Source of the DNA: an uncultured Nitrososphaerota archaeon
GTDB taxonomy: Archaea; Thermoproteota; Nitrososphaeria; Nitrososphaerales; Gagatemarchaeaceae
NCBI GenBank assembly: GCA_963703285.1
Contig: OY969807.1
Location: 1,120,001-1,184,000 of the forward strand
Reading direction: 5' to 3'
Length of the DNA: 64,000 nt
In this document: piece after piece, positions 1 through 8,790 of the stretch
Layout: every line of letters begins with the position of its first letter
How positions within the stretch are numbered: position 1 is the stretch's first letter
The notes under the pieces: model-generated
What the model was told of the DNA's origin: nothing
The model's database searches: none
The model's input: only the letters and a program-made list of their open reading frames with translations
Made by a program: the position numbers and the translations under genes

Positions 1-104
1 CGAACGGTCCGTCTCCTCCGCCGGGTTGATGTCGGTCGACACGCTTAGTCATCCCCCGGATTTGATGTAATCAAGAACGTTTACCCTCTGCAAAGCATCA
101 AGAA

Positions 105-494
105 ATGCTTATCTCCGCGGGACCGACGCTTCGAATCGAATTGACGTACTTCGGAATCGTCCTCCGCGGCGGCCCGTACCAGAGCCAGAGATGGGAGACG
201 GCGTACAGCATCGCCAGGGCCGCGTTGAACAGGTCGGACAAGGTGACGATCTTCCTCTACATGGACGGGGTCTACAACGCGCTCGCGACGGAGGACTTCC
301 CTTTCCTGCAGAAGCTGCCGAAGGACCACGTCGACTCGCTGCTCGACCAGGGCGCCCACGTCTTCGCCTGCCTGACCTGCACGGACAACAGGGGGCTCGA
401 GGACGGGAAGAACTACCTCAAGAGGGTCCAAGTGACGGGAGCGACCCATGCCTCCGAGATGGTGAGCGAGTGCGACAGGATCATCAATCTCTGA
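105..494 (+). CDS. DsrE/TusD-like sulfur relay protein
   Basis: GGPY, IFLYMDGVY, FACLTC..RG motifs typical of DsrE family; true start may be TTG at 141. Confidence 0.8.
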   Translation: MLISAGPTLRIELTYFGIVLRGGPYQSQRWETAYSIARAALNRSDKVTIFLYMDGVYNALATEDFPFLQKLPKDHVDSLLDQGAHVFACLTCTDNRGLEDGKNYLKRVQVTGATHASEMVSECDRIINL

Positions 495-506
495 GGTTGG
501 GCTGGC

Positions 507-767
507 ATGACGATTTACCTGGTCGACGAGCCGTTCCTCGACGTCGCGATATCCTACGCGTCGCGCGACCCGGGAGCCCGCCTGGTGCTCCTCCAGGATG
601 CCGTCTACTCGTCAGCGAGGGCCGACCTCCCGGGGCAGGTCTACGCCGTCGAGGACGACGTCACGCGCAGAGGATTGAGGGCGAAGATGCCTCCGGGTGT
701 CCACGTCATAGGCTACGACGAGCTCGTCAGGATGATTGAGGACGAGAAGGTAGTCAACTTCCTGTAG
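507..767 (+). CDS. DsrH/TusB-like protein
   Basis: LLQDAVY, YAVEDDVTRRG, IGYDELV motifs; in operon with DsrE-like gene. Confidence 0.8.
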   Translation: MTIYLVDEPFLDVAISYASRDPGARLVLLQDAVYSSARADLPGQVYAVEDDVTRRGLRAKMPPGVHVIGYDELVRMIEDEKVVNFL

Positions 768-777
768 GTGCCCTGGC

Positions 778-1131
778 ACGCCCAAGAAGGTCTTCGTCTC
801 GATAATCAGGCCACCGGTGGGCAGCTCCTACTACATCGAGGGGCTCAGGCTCGCCCTGGGGGTACTCGGGGGGACCGACGACCACGAGGTCACCATAGCC
901 CACCTAGGGAAGGGCGTCTATTCGGCCCTGAAGGGCGTCGACAGGTCGTACGCCGACGGGCTGATGTCCATGTTCCAGAAGGACGCGAGGGGAAACCTGT
1001 TCTACGTGGAGCGGGAGTCGCTCGCGGAGGCGGGGATACCCGAGTCCGACGTGGCGGACGGTTTTGGCATCGCCTCGAGGGACGAGCTGAGGGAGAGGAT
1101 GCTCCAGGCCGACGCCGTCTTCAGCTTCTGA
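778..1131 (+). CDS. DsrF/TusC-like protein
   Basis: EGLRLALG, GKGVY, YVERESL motifs; frame extends upstream of GTG817 to ACG778 (PKKVFVSIIRPP). Confidence 0.7.
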   Translation, partial: TPKKVFVSIIRPPVGSSYYIEGLRLALGVLGGTDDHEVTIAHLGKGVYSALKGVDRSYADGLMSMFQKDARGNLFYVERESLAEAGIPESDVADGFGIASRDELRERMLQADAVFSF

Positions 1132-1342
1132 GCCTGAAAGACGCCATCTCGTGAAGCGGTGATGGAGAAGTCTCTCAACCAGGGATCTTACGAACGGCCC
1201 CTGCGGAACGATTCTAACATAGCGGCTTAACCCAAACCTTGGTTCGAGACACCGAATGGAAAATGAGCGAAACCGAGACTGACGAGAAGAAGGAGTACGT
1301 CAGGAGAGAGCCCGAAGCGGTCGAGGGGGAAAGCATTTCAGG

Positions 1343-1816
1343 ATGGAGCTTGGCGAGAAGCCGGGTGTCGCATTGAGGAGAATAGAACTGCCCTCGAATG
1401 AACTCGTTCAGGAGCTTCAGAAGCACCTTCAAGAGAAGAGGTTTGGAGGGGCCACGCACGACAAGGGGCGGAGGGAACTGCAGTATCCGGACGGCATGAA
1501 AGATTCGGAATGGTCCGCAATCAAGGGCGAGGTCGAGAAGTGGGCGAAGGGCAAGAACATGGACGTCTCGGAACTGCTGAAGATCCAGTCCCGCAAGCAG
1601 GAGTCGGCGCAGCACAAGGAGGAGGCGAAGGAGCACACGAAGGAGCAGGAGGAGGACATGAAGAAGAGGGTCGCCGCTCTCTCACCCGAGAAGGCGGAGG
1701 AGCGTTATGCCTACCTCTCCAGCAAGCCCCTCTCGGAGCTGACCGACCTGGAGTACATGGAGAGGATCGCGTTGGCAGCGAAGCCGTCAGTGAAGAACAA
1801 GCCTCAGAAGGGGTAG
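1343..1816 (+). CDS. hypothetical charged protein (possibly frameshifted from ATG 1263)
   Basis: ORF with host-like codon usage. Confidence 0.55.
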   Translation: MELGEKPGVALRRIELPSNELVQELQKHLQEKRFGGATHDKGRRELQYPDGMKDSEWSAIKGEVEKWAKGKNMDVSELLKIQSRKQESAQHKEEAKEHTKEQEEDMKKRVAALSPEKAEERYAYLSSKPLSELTDLEYMERIALAAKPSVKNKPQKG

Positions 1817-1884
1817 GCGAGGCATCCGCTCGACGGGGGCGCTTGAGAAAAGCGTCGAAGAGGATTCGACCGCGGACCTGGATA

Positions 1885-2166
1885 TCATTCAACGCCGGTC
1901 GACGCGCTGACCGGACGGACCTTTTCCCTCAGGGACGGTACGAGGCCCAGGGCCTCCTCAACGTCCATGTTCTTTCCGGTCAGAGACGCCGAGTACAGGA
2001 GCTCGCCCTCCGCCACAAGAAGGGCTGTCGGAGAGACCATCCTCCCGAACGCCCTCCCGCCCGGGCCCTTCATGGAAGTGACCTCGCATATGACATAGAA
2101 CGTCCTCTTCCCGACCGTGAAGGTCGCGTCGGCGCGAAACTCGGTCTCCGCCCGAATGTCAATCAA
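1885..2166 (-). CDS. hypothetical protein, YtfJ/GerW-like
   Basis: VSPTALLV motif resembles YtfJ; directly downstream of the DUF2953 gene. Confidence 0.5.
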   Translation of the reverse strand: MIDIRAETEFRADATFTVGKRTFYVICEVTSMKGPGGRAFGRMVSPTALLVAEGELLYSASLTGKNMDVEEALGLVPSLREKVRPVSASTGVE

Positions 2167-2631
2167 TCAGCTCCTGACCTCCTTGATCAGGGAGCGGAAG
2201 GACCTGTGGAGGTAGGCCCTCGCGAAACCCGTGACGAGGGAGAATAATCTCACCCTCAAATGAGCGGCTATCGAGCCCTCGAGCCGAAGATTCTCCATAT
2301 CTGGATGCACGGTCAGCGACACCATAGGCGACAGGTTGGGGATCCAGGAGACGCTCCAGATGTATCCCGCAGCGAGGGCCGTGTCGGCAGGGTCACCGAG
2401 CCCGAAGGTGACGTCGACGGAGAGCCTTCGGATCTTAACCGCCCTGCGGAACGACCTTCCAAGAACCAGGAGGGATGAGCGGGACTCCCAGAGAAGTGTG
2501 ACGATGCGCGAGAGACGGCCGACGTCGAATCCCGCCCTCCCGGGTTTACCACCTTCCGCGGCTTTCCCCTCCTTGGACGCCGCCCGCCCGGGCTTGGTTC
2601 GCCACAGCGTCAGGCCGAGCCATCTGACCAT
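2167..2631 (-). CDS. DUF2953 (YtfI-like) membrane protein
   Basis: FGLGDPADTALAAG motif; frame stays open upstream to ~2785 and encodes a TM helix without a canonical start. Confidence 0.7.
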   Translation of the reverse strand: MVRWLGLTLWRTKPGRAASKEGKAAEGGKPGRAGFDVGRLSRIVTLLWESRSSLLVLGRSFRRAVKIRRLSVDVTFGLGDPADTALAAGYIWSVSWIPNLSPMVSLTVHPDMENLRLEGSIAAHLRVRLFSLVTGFARAYLHRSFRSLIKEVRS

Positions 2632-2788
2632 GACGCGGCCTTTTTGGGAGGAACCAACCCTGGATGCCTCGAGAGACAGGTCGAACGGAACAAGCAGGAC
2701 AGCTAGGACGAGTGTAAGAAGGATGAGGAGGATGATCGCCAGCAGCTCAAGGAGTAAGGGCGACCGTATCCCCTCTCGGTTGGGGTTG

Positions 2789-3172
2789 CTACTCCTTTTC
2801 TTCTGCCTTGGCCTTTGATTCCTTGACCCGTTCCATCAGGGTCGAGGCGATTTCGCCGATCGCCTTTCCGACAGAGCTCGGGGGCCTCAACGACCTGACT
2901 TCCACGCCCTCCGGCCCCTTCACGGACTTGTGGACGATTATCACGGCGACGGGGCTGACGCCGGCTACTCCTCCCGTGCCCATGCCTGCTCCAGCCTCGC
3001 CCTTCTCCCCCTTGCCCTCGCCCTTCCCCGCGCCGAAGCCGAGCCCGACTCTGGTGATCGTGATCATCACGTTGTCGCCCACCTCGATCGGGTCGGAGAT
3101 GACGTTCTTCGTCGAAATCACTTTCAAAAGCTCCTCGACCGTCGTCTTTGTGTCCTGTTCCACTGCGCTCAT
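2789..3172 (-). CDS. GerW/YtfJ family protein
   Basis: VISDPIEVG, VGLGFGAG, Gly-rich stretch, VSPVAVIIV. Confidence 0.8.
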   Translation of the reverse strand: MSAVEQDTKTTVEELLKVISTKNVISDPIEVGDNVMITITRVGLGFGAGKGEGKGEKGEAGAGMGTGGVAGVSPVAVIIVHKSVKGPEGVEVRSLRPPSSVGKAIGEIASTLMERVKESKAKAEEKE

Positions 3173-3276
3173 TGGGATTCCTCTGTTTTCGTCGAAACTC
3201 CCTTCTAGTTAAACTGCGTGCCCTTACTCAAAGTTCAATGTCGCACAACGGGCCGGCACCGGAGCCTGCTGGGGTG

Positions 3277-3663
3277 TCAGCTACGGGAGCGAAGCGCCTC
3301 TTCAATCGTCCGCGCGGCCGCCTCCTTGTCGTCGACCTCGAAGACAATCTGCTTGTACGTCTCGTGGTCGAGGTTTACCGTGATGCACTTGTCGGGATGG
3401 TGCATCTCGAAGAACGACAGCGACCCGTCGGAGGTCATGAACCTGCCGTCCTTGGCAACGCCAGGAAGGCCGGTCCCGCCGACCCTCAGCTGCTGGAACG
3501 CCTTCCACGGGACGCGCTCGGTGGAGACCGAGGTGACGTGCTCGAGCGGGACCGATATGGTCCTCTTCAAGGAGAGTATCTCGTCGAAGCCGTGGATCTC
3601 AAAGACGAGGTTGTCTCCCTCGATCTTTACGGTTCCACCTTCTAGCTTTGGCTTTCCGACCAC
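3277..3663 (-). CDS. conserved hypothetical protein
   Basis: VPLEHVTSV, RVGGTGLPG motifs; good codon bias. Confidence 0.65.
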   Translation of the reverse strand: MVGKPKLEGGTVKIEGDNLVFEIHGFDEILSLKRTISVPLEHVTSVSTERVPWKAFQQLRVGGTGLPGVAKDGRFMTSDGSLSFFEMHHPDKCITVNLDHETYKQIVFEVDDKEAAARTIEEALRSRS

Positions 3664-3768
3664 GATTTCGCGTTTCGTTTCCCTCTGATTAGTCTTGCGC
3701 CTCCCCGTAGCGTCGCTGGCTCCGGAAGCTCATCTCTGCGACGCTCGTCGGCCCGACCCAGTTCATGG

Positions 3769-3984
3769 TCAGCCTTGAGGTCTTTTCACCCGAAGCTGGG
3801 TGAAGTAGATGTCTGCAAAGAACGCCGCGGCTATGCAGATCCAGCCCACCGGCACTACGTTCACGGCTCCGAGGTGCGTCATCGTCGGGAGGAAGGTCAG
3901 CAGGACGAGCGAGACCATGAACCATCCTATGTACAGGAACACGTACAGGATGATCCTGAATGGCCATCGGAGTATCTCGGTCAT
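3769..3984 (-). CDS. small membrane protein
   Basis: two hydrophobic segments. Confidence 0.5.
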   Translation of the reverse strand: MTEILRWPFRIILYVFLYIGWFMVSLVLLTFLPTMTHLGAVNVVPVGWICIAAAFFADIYFTQLRVKRPQG

Positions 3985-4071
3985 CGCTGTTGGTCCCCTC
4001 CTCCGAAGGCCCCAGATTGCGGACGAATGTTATCTTCTTTTGGCCGGAGTCGGCTTCGGCAAGAGTGGCGT

Positions 4072-4341
4072 CTAGCGGCGCGCTTTCTCTATCTCGTTGA
4101 GGCGCGCCTTGATCTCTGCAAGCTCCTGAACGGCTGGGAACCGCTTCTCGAGGGAGTCAATCTTGGTGTTCACTGCCTCGAAGCGCGCGTCCATCTTGGA
4201 GTTCACGGCCTCGAATCTGGCGTCGATCACCTTCTCTAGATGTCCCACCTCCTCCCTTACGATGGAGCGTATCTTCGACTCGAGGCTAGGTATCAGGAGC
4301 CTCTCGACCCATCCAGGGACCTTCTCCGCTACCCTCGACAA
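4072..4341 (-). CDS. small coiled-coil protein
   Basis: tandem DARFEAVN repeats. Confidence 0.6.
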   Translation of the reverse strand: MSRVAEKVPGWVERLLIPSLESKIRSIVREEVGHLEKVIDARFEAVNSKMDARFEAVNTKIDSLEKRFPAVQELAEIKARLNEIEKARR

Positions 4342-4478
4342 CTCAGCTTCACGCGGATTTAGTCCACGACCATATTTAAGACACGCTAAACCGTCCGCGC
4401 TTCACTTCTCGCCCACCCAGAGTGTTGTACTTCGCCCTCCAGTGGCGGGTCAAAGAAACGTAGTACTCCCTTGAGACG

Positions 4479-5111
4479 TCAGAGATGAATCAGAGGCAGG
4501 ACGAGCAGGATTGCGATAACAAGGAACGCCAGTCCGGATACCAGTGTCAGTGCCCGCATACCCCGCTCTCCGGTCAGCTTGCGGCCGCGTGATGAAACGA
4601 GTATCAGCAGCAGGCTTATCCCCGCCGAAGTCAAGATGATGTCTAGGCCGAAGATTGCGTAGGCGACGGTGCCGACGGAGCTGAGCCCGTCTTCGAGTAT
4701 CGCGGCTCCCACCGTCAAAAGCCACAGGATGTACGCCGGATTGAGCACCGTCATCGCGAATCCGCGGGCGAAGGAGCCGCCGGGGGCGATCCGCGAGTTC
4801 CCGGGATGACCCCTTAGCGCGGTCCAGACAGCGGACGCTCCGATGAAGACGAGGAGGGCCGCCCCGACGAGACTGAGCTCCGGCACCACCTGACGAAGGA
4901 ACAACAGGAGGCCCGTCGCCAGTACGAGTAGAAGCATGACCTGGGCGGTCATCGCCCCCAGCATCATCAGCAACCCCGCGTGGATGCTCCGGACGCCCTC
5001 GCTGATGGATAGAAAGAATATCGGTCCCGGCACGATGAAGATGAAGAGACACGTTGCGAACGAGTAGGCAACGTACTCCAACACCGTCAAGGGCTGGCTG
5101 GTCGGTGCCAC
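4479..5111 (-). CDS. LysE/RhtB family translocator
   Basis: PGP and F..GF....LNP..ILW motifs, several TM helices. Confidence 0.8.
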   Translation of the reverse strand: MAPTSQPLTVLEYVAYSFATCLFIFIVPGPIFFLSISEGVRSIHAGLLMMLGAMTAQVMLLLVLATGLLLFLRQVVPELSLVGAALLVFIGASAVWTALRGHPGNSRIAPGGSFARGFAMTVLNPAYILWLLTVGAAILEDGLSSVGTVAYAIFGLDIILTSAGISLLLILVSSRGRKLTGERGMRALTLVSGLAFLVIAILLVLPLIHL

Positions 5112-5331
5112 GGACCGGCTATTTAATGCCGAAAAACGGCGGCCATCACTTTATAACCGGACCCCGGTCTCATCTGGGATTTGCAATCTGACCGAAGGCT
5201 GCCTCCAAGGCAGAGTTGAGAATCCTTCCTCCGCGACATTTGTCTTCGACAACCGCCTCCACGCTCAATTCACCATTCACCCTCAGAGAAGTTAAAAGGC
5301 TTATAACATATGTGCGCCGACGCCCTCTGCA

Positions 5332-7005
5332 ATGGCTCAGATTGCAGACATCTCCCTAGAGGTAAGGAAGGAGGTCGCAAAGGGCAAGTTCATCCGGCAG
5401 ACCCAGTCGATATGCCCGGACTGCAACAGGATACTCCCGGCGATTGTCTTCGAGCGCGAAGGCAAGGTCTTCATGACCAAGACCTGCCCGCAGCACGGCG
5501 AGACCGAGGAGCTCTATTTCGGCTCCTACGAGATGTACGCCAAGTTCTCACGCTTCTGGAAGGACGGGAAGGGCACGCACGCGGCCAACGTCCCCATGGA
5601 CGTCTGCTCGTGCCCCGCGAACTGCGGGCTGTGCTCCAACCACCTCTCGCACACGGGTCTCTCGAACATCATCGTGACGAACCGCTGCGACCTAACCTGC
5701 TGGTACTGCTTCTTCTACGTCAAGAAGGGGCTCGAGGGCGCCTACGTCTACGAGCCGACGCTGCCGCAGATTCGCGAGATGGCCCGGACGCTCAAGGCCG
5801 AGAGGCCGGTCCCCGGCAACTCCGTCCAGATAACGGGCGGCGAGCCGACGATACGCGACGACCTGCCCGAGATAATCCAGATTATGAAGGAGGAGGGCGT
5901 AGACCACATCCAGCTCAACACCAACGGGATCAACCTGGCGCTCGACCCCGGGATGGCCCAGAGGCTGAAGGTCGCCGGAGTCTCGAACCTCTACATGTCC
6001 TTCGACGGCACCAGCCCCAAGACGAACCCGAAGAACCACTGGGAGGCGCCCTACGCCATAGAGGCCTGCAAGAGGGCGGGCATCGGCGTCGTCCTCGTCC
6101 CGACGGTCATCAAGTCCATCAACGACCACGAGCTCGGGTCCATCATCGAGTTCGGCCACAGGAACCTCGGCACCGTTCACGCCGTCAACTTCCAGCCCGT
6201 GTCGCTGACCGGGCGCATGACCGCCAAGGAGCGAGCAAAGTACCGCATCACGATACCCGACTGCATCAAGAGGATTGAGGAGCAGACGAACGGAGAGATT
6301 ACCTCGGAGGGCTGGTTCCCCGTCCCGTCGTGCTCGCCGCTGACCTCGTTCATCGAGGCGTTCACCAAGAAGGAGCAGTACGAGCTCTCGATACACTTCG
6401 CATGCGGCGCGGGGACCTACGTCTTCGAGGACGCGGAGACCAAGAAGCTGGTGCCGCTGACGAACTTCGTCGACATCCAGGGGCTCGTCGAGTACCTGGA
6501 GGAGAAGACGGAGGAGATTTACTCGGGGACGAACAGGTACGTGGTCGCCGCGAGGGTCCTCACCCAGATAAACAGGTTCGTCAACAGGGAGAAGCAGCCC
6601 AAGGGGATGTCGTTCGGGAAGATGATAACCAACGCGCTCATCAGGCACGACTACGCCGCCATAGGGGACTTCCACACAAAGTCGATGTTCCTCGGAATGA
6701 TGCATTTTCAGGATAAATACAATCAAGATGAGGAGAGACTTCAGCGCTGCGACATCCACTATCTGACTCCGGACCTGAGGATAATACCATTTTGCTCATT
6801 TAATGTCATACCTGAGTGGTACCGCGACCGCATCCAGCAGAAGTACGGCATGCCGATCGAGGCCTGGGAGAAGAAGGTCGGTCGCAAGCTCGAGGACGGA
6901 CTCTACCGTGGCACCCTTCGCAGAGGCGGCCACGTCGCAGGATGCGGATGCGCGCTCGGCGAGAACGGCGAAGAGATCCACATCCAACCGATAACCGGAA
7001 CCTAA
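5332..7005 (+). CDS. tes: radical SAM tetraether lipid synthase (Tes/GDGT-MAS, MJ0619-like)
   Basis: N-terminal SICPDC..KTCPQHG, CSCPANCGLC..H cluster, radical SAM RCDLTCWYC, TGGEPT, C-terminal RCDIHY..IIPFC. Confidence 0.85.
   Translation: MAQIADISLEVRKEVAKGKFIRQTQSICPDCNRILPAIVFEREGKVFMTKTCPQHGETEELYFGSYEMYAKFSRFWKDGKGTHAANVPMDVCSCPANCGLCSNHLSHTGLSNIIVTNRCDLTCWYCFFYVKKGLEGAYVYEPTLPQIREMARTLKAERPVPGNSVQITGGEPTIRDDLPEIIQIMKEEGVDHIQLNTNGINLALDPGMAQRLKVAGVSNLYMSFDGTSPKTNPKNHWEAPYAIEACKRAGIGVVLVPTVIKSINDHELGSIIEFGHRNLGTVHAVNFQPVSLTGRMTAKERAKYRITIPDCIKRIEEQTNGEITSEGWFPVPSCSPLTSFIEAFTKKEQYELSIHFACGAGTYVFEDAETKKLVPLTNFVDIQGLVEYLEEKTEEIYSGTNRYVVAARVLTQINRFVNREKQPKGMSFGKMITNALIRHDYAAIGDFHTKSMFLGMMHFQDKYNQDEERLQRCDIHYLTPDLRIIPFCSFNVIPEWYRDRIQQKYGMPIEAWEKKVGRKLEDGLYRGTLRRGGHVAGCGCALGENGEEIHIQPITGT
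6907..7005 (+). repeat. tes 3'-end repeat, master copy (RGTLRRGGHVAGCGCALGENGEEIHIQPITGT*)
   Basis: segment recurring at several downstream sites. Confidence 0.9.
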
Positions 7006-7099
7006 CGAAAGAGAGCCATAGGATCCGGGCTTTCCATTTCCTTTCCTGTGGCCCCTGTCTCCTTGCTTTGAAGCCGATTTAAGTAAAATTTATGACGGT

Positions 7100-8446
7100 T
7101 TGGGCCCATCTACTGCGGGTCAATGGCCGATGGCCCGTCCAAAATTAGGTCAAAGCACGAGTGACAGGGTGTCAAGAACCGGCTCAATCGATTCGGTGGC
7201 TAGCAAGATACTCTCACAGTGCGAAGTCTTCTTCTTCGAGAGCCATGAACCGGGTAGAAATGCATCCAAGCTTCTTGATTCCACTACGGAGACGTTACTT
7301 CAATACGACGCCTTGAAGGACGAACTCTTACCTTATGACGTAAGCGAAACCCTTCGTAGTGCCCTTCTCACGATTCCCATTACTCATCGCCAAAACGCGA
7401 GAGCCCGCCTGAGAAGACTAATCTCAAGCAATTTGCTAGATGCTAAGGTTTTCGATATCTATTATGCCTTGAATCAAGTCTCGGGCTTTCCTAACCATTT
7501 TAAATTGGGCCATGGAGAGTTGCTCGCCTTTGATTCAGTCCCATCTTACGTCAGAAACAGAATGATACGGGCATGGAAAGGTGAATCGTTGGGCCATGGG
7601 CTGAACGCCAAGAGTTCTTCCGAATTCGTACAGTCGGGGAAGGAACATAACTGCCTGCACTTGACTGTCGCTCGTCGAGGGTTCGCTCGGGCCATAGCAG
7701 AGGCCAACAGAAAGGCCTACGAGTCGGTCAATCTCCTCCGGGTTGTTTACGGACAGGATGTCCCCTTGTTCACGCTAGTTCACGTAAGAAGGGGAAGTCA
7801 CTGGGACATAGGCGCTCTCTCCTACGGAGGCGGCGCCGTGAGGGATCGAAATATGTTCCCGGTAATCCAATACACGACCTGGCCATCTCTTCCTCATGGT
7901 ACGAGGAGAAAGCCATTGGAGACGCGGTATGGCCCTCACCATCTACTTGATATCCAGTACTCCGAGTCACTTGGTAGCATACTGTCCCGGTATAGAAGGC
8001 TGATGCTAAATGAGCATCCATCTGAGCTCGAAAGTAAGCTGAGAAACGCTCTTCTTCTCATTGGGTTCACGTGGGAGGTCGACCTTGATCAAGTCAAGTT
8101 CATCCTACTGATCACGGCTCTTGAAGCTCTGCTTCTGGAAGACTCAGGACAGGGGAACCTTCAACTGAGGCTTGCTGAACGGGTCGCGTTTCTTATTGGC
8201 GAATCTCCTGCAAGACGAGTGCAACTATATGACGAGATGAAGAGGTTCTATGGTCAACGCTCGCGATTTGTGCATCAAGGTGATTTTGAGGATAATGTGG
8301 ATGCTGATATCGCTGAACTCTTCGAAATAGCCAAAAGAGTTTGGGTCCGAGTTGAAGAACTCACAAAAGACGGCTTCGTTCAGCTTAGAAAGGACAAGCA
8401 GAAGAGATCTTTGGATGGTCTAGTTGAAAGGCTGAAATTCACATAA
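7100..8446 (+). CDS. ApeA-like HEPN domain protein
   Basis: LITALEALL..LAERVAFL..YGQRSRFVHQG (RxxxxH); lower GC than host genes; ATG 7130 alternative start. Confidence 0.8.
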   Translation: MGPSTAGQWPMARPKLGQSTSDRVSRTGSIDSVASKILSQCEVFFFESHEPGRNASKLLDSTTETLLQYDALKDELLPYDVSETLRSALLTIPITHRQNARARLRRLISSNLLDAKVFDIYYALNQVSGFPNHFKLGHGELLAFDSVPSYVRNRMIRAWKGESLGHGLNAKSSSEFVQSGKEHNCLHLTVARRGFARAIAEANRKAYESVNLLRVVYGQDVPLFTLVHVRRGSHWDIGALSYGGGAVRDRNMFPVIQYTTWPSLPHGTRRKPLETRYGPHHLLDIQYSESLGSILSRYRRLMLNEHPSELESKLRNALLLIGFTWEVDLDQVKFILLITALEALLLEDSGQGNLQLRLAERVAFLIGESPARRVQLYDEMKRFYGQRSRFVHQGDFEDNVDADIAELFEIAKRVWVRVEELTKDGFVQLRKDKQKRSLDGLVERLKFT

Positions 8447-8476
8447 TGCAGTTTTTGAGAAATCCATTCACAGTAC

Positions 8477-8536
8477 GGCTTTGTTCTGGGCTAGAACGGC
8501 GAAGAGTTCCAAATCCAGCCGATGACAGGTACTTGA
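8477..8536 (+). repeat. degenerate tes 3'-end copy
   Basis: translates GFVLG*NGEEFQIQPMTGT* vs tes GCALGENGEEIHIQPITGT*. Confidence 0.85.
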
Positions 8537-8790
8537 ACTGATAGTAGAAAGCTCAACGCTTTCTATCCTCCACTTTCATCTTCAACCCACTGTTTACTTG
8601 TCGTTACGCTCTGATGCGGGATTATCCAGATGAATGTAGGCAATTCAATTCCGATGGTGTTAGGAGGCATGATAATTGGAACAAATCTGTATCATCCTAG
8701 GCTACAGAACGAGGTCTTCGGGTCATTGAAAGCTCGCGAAGGATATGAGATTCCCACTGTCAAGGTCGGCATTAGTACCGAAATTCAGCT

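Noticed and set aside
105-1131. DsrE/H/F genes as sulfur donors for the Dnd-like operon
   Set aside because: They have host-like codon usage, lie outside the island, and no DndC is present to accept sulfur.
5310-6759. Long alternative-frame ORFs over tes (and similar ones at 20213, 32272, 38231, 44877)
   Set aside because: Shadow ORFs caused by the high GC3 of the real genes.
8540-8790. Possible gene fragment after the first repeat
   Set aside because: No family motif recognised, and the listed ORF runs antisense into the DUF1524 region.
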